A DNA stretch of 64,000 nucleotides from Bdellovibrionota bacterium (GTDB taxonomy: Bacteria > Bdellovibrionota_C > UBA2361 > JBIKUX01): assembly GCA_044347345.1 (NCBI GenBank), contig JBIKUX010000004.1, forward strand, positions 1 to 64,000. The letters run 5' to 3'. The notes under the pieces are model-generated. The model saw only the letters and a list, made by a program, of their open reading frames with translations, was not told the DNA's origin and ran no database searches. Shown piece after piece: positions 58,764 to 64,000 of the stretch. A program made the translations under genes and the position numbers. Every line of letters starts with the position of its first letter. Within the stretch, counting starts at the first letter, position 1.

Positions 58764-60353
58764 ATGCTCGCAAAGGTTCAATCAGCAGTTCTTTCAGGTA
58801 TTGAAGCTACGATAGTACAAGTTGAGGTGGAGTTAAGAAAAGGGCCTAGAAAGTTTGTAATTATCGGTATGGGCGATAGTGCTGTTCAGGAATCGCGGGA
58901 GAGAATTATGGCCTCTTTAAGGTCTCTTCCTATCGAGCTGCCCGATCAAATTACGGTAAATTTAGCTCCTGCATCAGTCCGTAAAGTGGGGACTTGCCTC
59001 GAGCTTTCGATTGCAATTGGCGTTCTAGCTGCGATGGGAGATATCCCACTTGATACACTTCACCAAACTTTTTTTCTCGGTGAGTTATCTCTTGATGGTA
59101 CATTGAAAGCTATACCTCAACATCTGGCTCTTCTTCTGTCGATTTTACAGCAAGAGCCTTCCTGCATACTTACGCCTCATATACCTCTTCCTGAATCCTT
59201 ACATTGTAATCAAACTTTTGTGGCAGGGGTAAACTCTATCGAGCATGCTAGGTCGGTGCTCAGGGGGGAGGCTTCACTAGAGTGGGGAGGTCTGCCGTAT
59301 AGTGATGATAGTGTAAATGAAGAGCTTTTGCTTGATGAAGTAGCGGGACTGCATTTTGCAAAAAGAGCTCTTGAAATCGCATTAGCCGGAGGGCATAACA
59401 TCCTACTCAGTGGTCCTCCTGGATGCGGAAAGTCGATGCTTCTTCGAAGGGCACAATTTCTCGCTCCACCCTTATCTACTAGTGAAGTACTTGAAGTAGC
59501 GCAAATATACTCGTTAGCTGGAGCTTCATTAAAAGGAGTATTGCAAGGTCGAGCACCTTTTCGCTCTCCTCATCATAGTGTAAGTAGAGCGGCGCTTGCC
59601 GGCAGTAGCGCTCGTGGTATTCCTCATCCAGGAGAATTTTCGCTTTCTCATCGCGGCATTTTATTTTTAGATGAAATGCCAGAATTTTCGCGAGGATCCT
59701 TAGAGGCTTTAAGGGGGCCTCTTGAAGAGGGCGTAGTTAGTATCGCTCGCGCAGGTGGGGAGCAATCATTTCCAGCTCAATTCCAGCTTTTAGCGGCGAT
59801 GAATCCATGCCCATGTGGGACGAATGCCGGAGAAAATGCAAAATCATCTTCTGATTATAACCAAAGTTATAACTGTCGATGTTCAGCTTCATCTATTTTG
59901 CGCTATCAAGAGCGAATCTCTCAGCCACTCCGTGAGCGATTTGATATAAGGTGCGTTATATCTTCAAAGGTTGATGCAAAAAATCGTATAATGCCACTTT
60001 TATCAAGTGATATAACTGACTGTGCTGGACTCCGTTCACTTGCTCGGCCTGTTTCAAGAAAAGAGCACGATGAAACATTTGAACGAATAAAAAGAGGAAG
60101 AAACCGTATGCTTGATCGTCAAGGACGATTAAACCGATGGCTCAGTAATAATGACCTCGTCCAGGTTATTCAATTAAAAGATAGTGATCAATCTTATTTG
60201 ACTGAGGCTGCTAATAAAGCACGTCTTTCGATGAGAAGTATTACGAAATTGCTTAGGGTAGCTCGTACGATTGCTGATATTGATGATGTAGAGCAAGTTA
60301 CAAAGGATGAATTACAAGAGGCATTATTATACCAACAAGCTACTATGACCTAA
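58764..60353 (+). CDS. comM: YifB/ComM Mg-chelatase-like AAA+ ATPase
   Basis: AVQESRERI, ITVNLAPA, GELSLDG, AKRALEIA.AGGHN, GPPGCGKS, PFRSPHH, LFLDEMPEF, AMNPCPCG, RVARTIAD. Confidence 0.93.
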   Translation: MLAKVQSAVLSGIEATIVQVEVELRKGPRKFVIIGMGDSAVQESRERIMASLRSLPIELPDQITVNLAPASVRKVGTCLELSIAIGVLAAMGDIPLDTLHQTFFLGELSLDGTLKAIPQHLALLLSILQQEPSCILTPHIPLPESLHCNQTFVAGVNSIEHARSVLRGEASLEWGGLPYSDDSVNEELLLDEVAGLHFAKRALEIALAGGHNILLSGPPGCGKSMLLRRAQFLAPPLSTSEVLEVAQIYSLAGASLKGVLQGRAPFRSPHHSVSRAALAGSSARGIPHPGEFSLSHRGILFLDEMPEFSRGSLEALRGPLEEGVVSIARAGGEQSFPAQFQLLAAMNPCPCGTNAGENAKSSSDYNQSYNCRCSASSILRYQERISQPLRERFDIRCVISSKVDAKNRIMPLLSSDITDCAGLRSLARPVSRKEHDETFERIKRGRNRMLDRQGRLNRWLSNNDLVQVIQLKDSDQSYLTEAANKARLSMRSITKLLRVARTIADIDDVEQVTKDELQEALLYQQATMT

Positions 60354-60414
60354 TTCCAGAACGGTCTAATTTTAATTTGTTTAAATCGAGAAGGTTATTT
60401 ATCTTTTCAAGTAA

Positions 60415-61299
60415 TTATCTAGAACCAACCGGATTTACTTTTTCGGGCGTTCGTAGTGATAACTCTACTTGCTTTTGTTTCTTTTTACCGTTAATAGGAT
60501 CAAATGGGTCAACCTCGGTTTCAAGTATTACAATACGCTGCTTATCAATAGTGACGATCTCACCACAAGCAAGACCCATCTTCATCCCCGGTTGAACCAT
60601 ATGACCCTTACCATCTAGGGTTTCGACTATAGCTCGCGTTGGAGAAAACCCTTCTAATACTGCTGTTAGCTTTAGCTGATTAAGAGCAAACTGACAAAGC
60701 ACAGGAGCGTTCTCGTCTACGATTGGCCCTATAACAAGATCAGTTGGCAAGAATGGATCTCTTTTCCCAACTGGATCATAAACCCAGCCAGCATTTGGAT
60801 CGGTGGCAATAGCTGCTAGTACAGTTTCTTTTTTGATATTTTCATTCTGTTTTTTATTTGAAGATTCTCGATTGTTTGCTTGAGATGCCGGCGTTTCTGA
60901 GGATATCGTTACTGGAGGTTTTGTTGCTGATGATACTGGCTCATCTGCATCTGTACCTACAAAAAATTCATTATCTTGGGTTTTGTAAGTGAAGGGCTGA
61001 CCAGTCTTTGGGTCTGTCGGTATTTTGTCAATGTAAGTGGGTACTAAATCTTGTAAACTTGAAGGAAGTTTTTTTTCGTTTACTTGATAAGCTCTTACTG
61101 CAGCTTGAATACGTCGTTGTTCCCTTACTCTTGGATCTTGAATCTCTTTAACAGTATTGCCTATTTGAGGAACAACTGTTTCGTTTGAAGCACGTTGAGA
61201 TTGAACGTAAACTAGATAGCTAAGCTCTCCAGCTATAGCTACTAAAAGAAGTAGCATCACATTACGAATGGCGGAAGAGCGCTTTTTCTTTAGAGGCAT
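60415..61299 (-). CDS. Fusion of a GspG/pseudopilin-like domain and a PilP domain
   Basis: TM; Y.VNEKKLPSSLQDLVPTYIDKIP.DP.TGQPF.Y; linker; YDPVGKRDPF, F.LNQLKL.AVL, AIVE..DGKGH.V..G..MG...G.I..I. Confidence 0.75.
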   Translation of the reverse strand: MPLKKKRSSAIRNVMLLLLVAIAGELSYLVYVQSQRASNETVVPQIGNTVKEIQDPRVREQRRIQAAVRAYQVNEKKLPSSLQDLVPTYIDKIPTDPKTGQPFTYKTQDNEFFVGTDADEPVSSATKPPVTISSETPASQANNRESSNKKQNENIKKETVLAAIATDPNAGWVYDPVGKRDPFLPTDLVIGPIVDENAPVLCQFALNQLKLTAVLEGFSPTRAIVETLDGKGHMVQPGMKMGLACGEIVTIDKQRIVILETEVDPFDPINGKKKQKQVELSLRTPEKVNPVGSR

Positions 61300-61532
61300 G
61301 CTGGTACTCTATACTTAACCCTCCATCGTTTGATGGTGTTATGCAGGGAAGAGATGCGCTTTAATTGCACATTGATGAAAGTTCGCTTTAAGTAAAGCGA
61401 TGTCTTTAAAATTTTCATCCTGAACTAGTCGGAATTAGTGCTTTTTTGGCATAAAATCCGCACATATTGGATTAACAAAGTTGGTTTTTTTAAACTGATT
61501 TGTAGAAGGTTTACGGTGCTGGATCTTAAAAA

Positions 61533-61607
61533 TCGGGGTGACTGGATTCGAACCAGCGACCTCTAGTTCCCAAAACTAGCGCTCTAGCCAGGCTGAGCTA
61601 CACCCCG
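61533..61607 (-). tRNA. tRNA-Pro (anticodon TGG)
   Basis: Minus strand CGGGGTG TAGCTCAGCCTGGCTAGAGC, anticodon arm CTAGT-TTTGGGA-ACTAG, GGTTCGAATCC, CACCCCG-A. Confidence 0.96.
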
Positions 61608-61742
61608 AAGGACTCTCAAATTGTAACCTAAATAAATGGTTTTGAAAACAAAGCCAATAAAATGTAGTTTCAAAAATTAAAAACTTTTTTATTATATATG
61701 AGTTCGAAATTTTTTTAAACTCATACATAAGTAAGCATACAT

Positions 61743-63197
61743 TTGGAAAAAGTAATGTCTCCCACAGATAGCCCAAACAATAAAATTTCTCATCCAGTAC
61801 AAATTAGTATCGCTCACTTATTGGGAAAATCTGAGGCAATGGAAGGTGAGTTGCTTGAATCGGGAAAGAAACTCCAATTATCAGGATGGATAAAAACTCA
61901 TCGACAGTCAAAAAAAGTTTCATTTATTGAAATTTCAGATGGAAGTTCGGTAAAGGGATTTCAGCTTGTAATTGATCCTCAAATAGCGGGATATCAAAAG
62001 CATTCCGCTCAACTAACAACAGGTGCTTCAATTACAGTAGAAGGTATTCTCACCCCATCACTAGGTGGTGGCCAAAAATGGGAGATGCAAGTTTCTCATT
62101 TAGAACTGATTGGGGGATCAGATGCTGACAACTATCCTCTTCAAAAAAAAGGTCATTCGCTTGAATTTTTGCGAGATCATCCTAATTTACGGATGCGGTC
62201 AAATACGCTTGGAGCGGTGATGAGGGTGCGCTCTGCAGCCTCTTTTGCAGTGCATTCTTTTTTTAAGGAACGGGGATTTTATCTACTACATGCTCCAGTT
62301 ATTACTACATCAGATTGTGAGGGGGCAGGGGAGATGTTTAGGGTTACTACCCTATCCTTGAATGCGGACAAAAATACTTCTGACAAAGAGGACTTTTTTG
62401 GTAGGCCGACATTTCTTTCAGTTTCTGGACAACTTGAAGCTGAAATAGCGGCAAGTGCGCTAGGAGCTGTTTATACTTTTGGACCAACATTTAGGGCTGA
62501 AAACTCAAATACACCTCGGCACCTGGCAGAGTTTTGGATGATTGAACCAGAGGTTTCTTTTTGTGATTTGCATGGAAACATTAATCTGGCGTCAGATTTT
62601 GTCTCGTCAGTGATACAGCAAGTGATTAGTGATAGTGCAGAGGATTTAGCTTTTCTTCATAGTCGAGATTGGTGTGAAGAAGGATTGCTTAAAACACTTC
62701 AGTCCGTGGTTACAAAACGTCCTGAAATACTCGATTATTCTGACGCTATTACAGCCCTTGAGAAAAGTAATATTTCTTTTCAGTTTCCGGTGTCATGGGG
62801 TATCGATCTGCAATCTGAGCATGAAAGATATCTAACTGACGTATTTGTTAAAGGTCCTGTAGTTGTAATTAATTACCCAAAGGCAATAAAAGCGTTTTAT
62901 ATGAGAGAGAATAACGATGGTAATACCGTTGCCGCTATGGATTTTTTGGTGCCACGTTTAGGTGAAATTATAGGTGGTTCGCAAAGAGAAGAGCGTTATG
63001 ATGTTCTTAAACGTCGTATTCAAGAAAATGGTTTGTCTGTCGATAGTTACAATTGGTATTTAGATTTGAGAAAATTCGGAACGGCACCACATTCTGGTTT
63101 TGGATTGGGATTTGAGAGACTTCTAATGTACCTTACTGGTATTCAGAATATCCGTGATGTAATGCCTTTCCCTCGGTATCCAGGGCATTGCCTCTAG
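61743..63197 (+). CDS. asnS: Asparagine--tRNA ligase
   Basis: OB-fold (GWIKT.R, F.EISDGS), YPLQKK, DCEGAGEMF, LSVSGQL, FRAENSNT.RHLAEFWMIEPE, DLQSEHERYL, GFGLGFER. The start may be the ATG at 61755. Confidence 0.97.
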   Translation: MEKVMSPTDSPNNKISHPVQISIAHLLGKSEAMEGELLESGKKLQLSGWIKTHRQSKKVSFIEISDGSSVKGFQLVIDPQIAGYQKHSAQLTTGASITVEGILTPSLGGGQKWEMQVSHLELIGGSDADNYPLQKKGHSLEFLRDHPNLRMRSNTLGAVMRVRSAASFAVHSFFKERGFYLLHAPVITTSDCEGAGEMFRVTTLSLNADKNTSDKEDFFGRPTFLSVSGQLEAEIAASALGAVYTFGPTFRAENSNTPRHLAEFWMIEPEVSFCDLHGNINLASDFVSSVIQQVISDSAEDLAFLHSRDWCEEGLLKTLQSVVTKRPEILDYSDAITALEKSNISFQFPVSWGIDLQSEHERYLTDVFVKGPVVVINYPKAIKAFYMRENNDGNTVAAMDFLVPRLGEIIGGSQREERYDVLKRRIQENGLSVDSYNWYLDLRKFGTAPHSGFGLGFERLLMYLTGIQNIRDVMPFPRYPGHCL

Positions 63198-63360
63198 TTA
63201 TTCACTAAGCACTCTATAGTTTTTAGGAGAGCTAACTGTGAGCAGAAACAAAATGTAAATTATTGATACTTTTAATGTTAAAAAGCAGTCATAATTAGAC
63301 CATTATTTTTTAGAGATAGGGGGGGGTGGTTTTCTAAAATATTTAAACTGCAGTGTCAGT

Positions 63361-64000
63361 ATGAATGAAAGTCCAGCAAATCAAAATTATTCAAGCAGTC
63401 AGCTCCTTGAGTTGGCTGATAGGTGGCTGGCACATAATTACGCTCCGTTAGATATTGTCATAGAGCGCGGAGAAGGCTCATGGGTGTGGGATATTGAAGG
63501 AAACAAATATTTAGATTTACTAAGTGCTTACGGCGCTTTGAATTTAGGTCATCTACACCCGAGGATTGTAGAGTGTGCTAAGTCTCAGCTACAACGGTTA
63601 ACTCTTACTAGTCGAGCTTTTCATTCTAAAGAAATCAGCTTACTTGCGATGGAGCTTGCAAAGTTTTGCGAGTTAGAGATGGTTTTATTTATGAATTCGG
63701 GGGCTGAAGCGGTAGAGACAGCTATTAAGGCCGCTAGAAAATGGGGTTATGAAAAAAAAGGGATACCGGTCAATAAAGCTGAGATTATCGTATTTTCAAG
63801 AAATTTTCACGGGCGGACTACGACTATCGTGGGATTTAGTGATTCATTGTCTGCGAAGGAGGGTTTTGGTCCATTTATTCCAGGTTTTGTGCTTTGTCCC
63901 TACGATGATCTAGAGTGTTTAGAGGCTCATATCACACCTCATTGTGTAGGTGTTTTAATCGAGCCTATTCAAGGTGAAGGTGGGGTCAATGTACCTAAAG
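63361..64000 (+). CDS. rocD: Ornithine--oxo-acid aminotransferase, 3'-truncated (absent from the ORF track)
   Basis: Hand translation: AHNYAPL.IVIERGEG.WVWD.EG.KYLD.LSAY, LTLTSRAF, MNSGAEAVETAIK.ARKWGY, NFHGRT, EPIQGEGG. Confidence 0.93.
   Translation, partial: MNESPANQNYSSSQLLELADRWLAHNYAPLDIVIERGEGSWVWDIEGNKYLDLLSAYGALNLGHLHPRIVECAKSQLQRLTLTSRAFHSKEISLLAMELAKFCELEMVLFMNSGAEAVETAIKAARKWGYEKKGIPVNKAEIIVFSRNFHGRTTTIVGFSDSLSAKEGFGPFIPGFVLCPYDDLECLEAHITPHCVGVLIEPIQGEGGVNVPK

Noticed and set aside
2882-60595. Numerous 60-130-aa ORFs antisense to or nested in recognised genes (e.g. 2882-3196, 13540-13848, 42675-42986, 54923-55315)
   Set aside because: Shadow ORFs of well-supported genes, with no motifs or independent evidence
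61383-61400. Inverted repeat TCGCTTTA-AG-TAAAGCGA
   Set aside because: Short and without a U-tract; could be a tRNA-Pro terminator or an operator, but there is no support for either
61447-61462. Sigma54-like motif TGGCATAAAATCCGCA on the + strand
   Set aside because: It points antisense through tRNA-Pro, lies ~280 nt from asnS and has a poor -12 context; likely chance
61576-61776. 66-aa minus-strand ORF
   Set aside because: It overlaps tRNA-Pro and its AT-rich promoter region; spurious
1-64000. CRISPR array, IS element, integrase or prophage
   Set aside because: No spaced 23-47-bp repeats and no transposase, integrase or phage-like ORFs seen; all repeats found are short tandem units

Overview
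AT-rich bacterial chromosomal window, mostly core genome. Gene content suggests a deltaproteobacterium-like lineage such as Bdellovibrionota or relatives (inference only). From left to right it contains a 5'-truncated DUF1552-like gene, rsmD, a 2-oxoacid dehydrogenase operon (lpdA-lipB-fused E1-E2), a RluA-family gene, a membrane Ser/Thr kinase, tRNA-Arg(TCT), a lone nuoA, cysK, mazG, comF, gpmI, rsfS, obgE, an ATM1-type ABC transporter, rpmA, rplU, an orphan OmpR-type regulator, msrB, a GH5 hydrolase, polA, an ECF sigma/anti-sigma pair, an M23 peptidase and hemF. Next comes a flagellar block (flgFGAHIJMN, flgKL) with three sigma54-type promoters. A convergent minus-strand run follows: membrane protein, unusual flagellin, AMIN protein, pfkA, murJ, FliH-like, FliI-like. 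The window ends with comM, a pseudopilin-PilP fusion, tRNA-Pro(TGG), asnS and a 3'-truncated rocD. No CRISPR array, transposase or integrase was seen. The most striking item is a flagellin whose variable region is replaced by seven FG-GAP/VCBS repeats, predicted to form a Ca2+-binding beta-propeller. It lies downstream of a sigma54-type promoter and on the same strand as a divergent, detached FliH/FliI-like export ATPase pair. All family calls are from motif recognition by eye; no searches were run.
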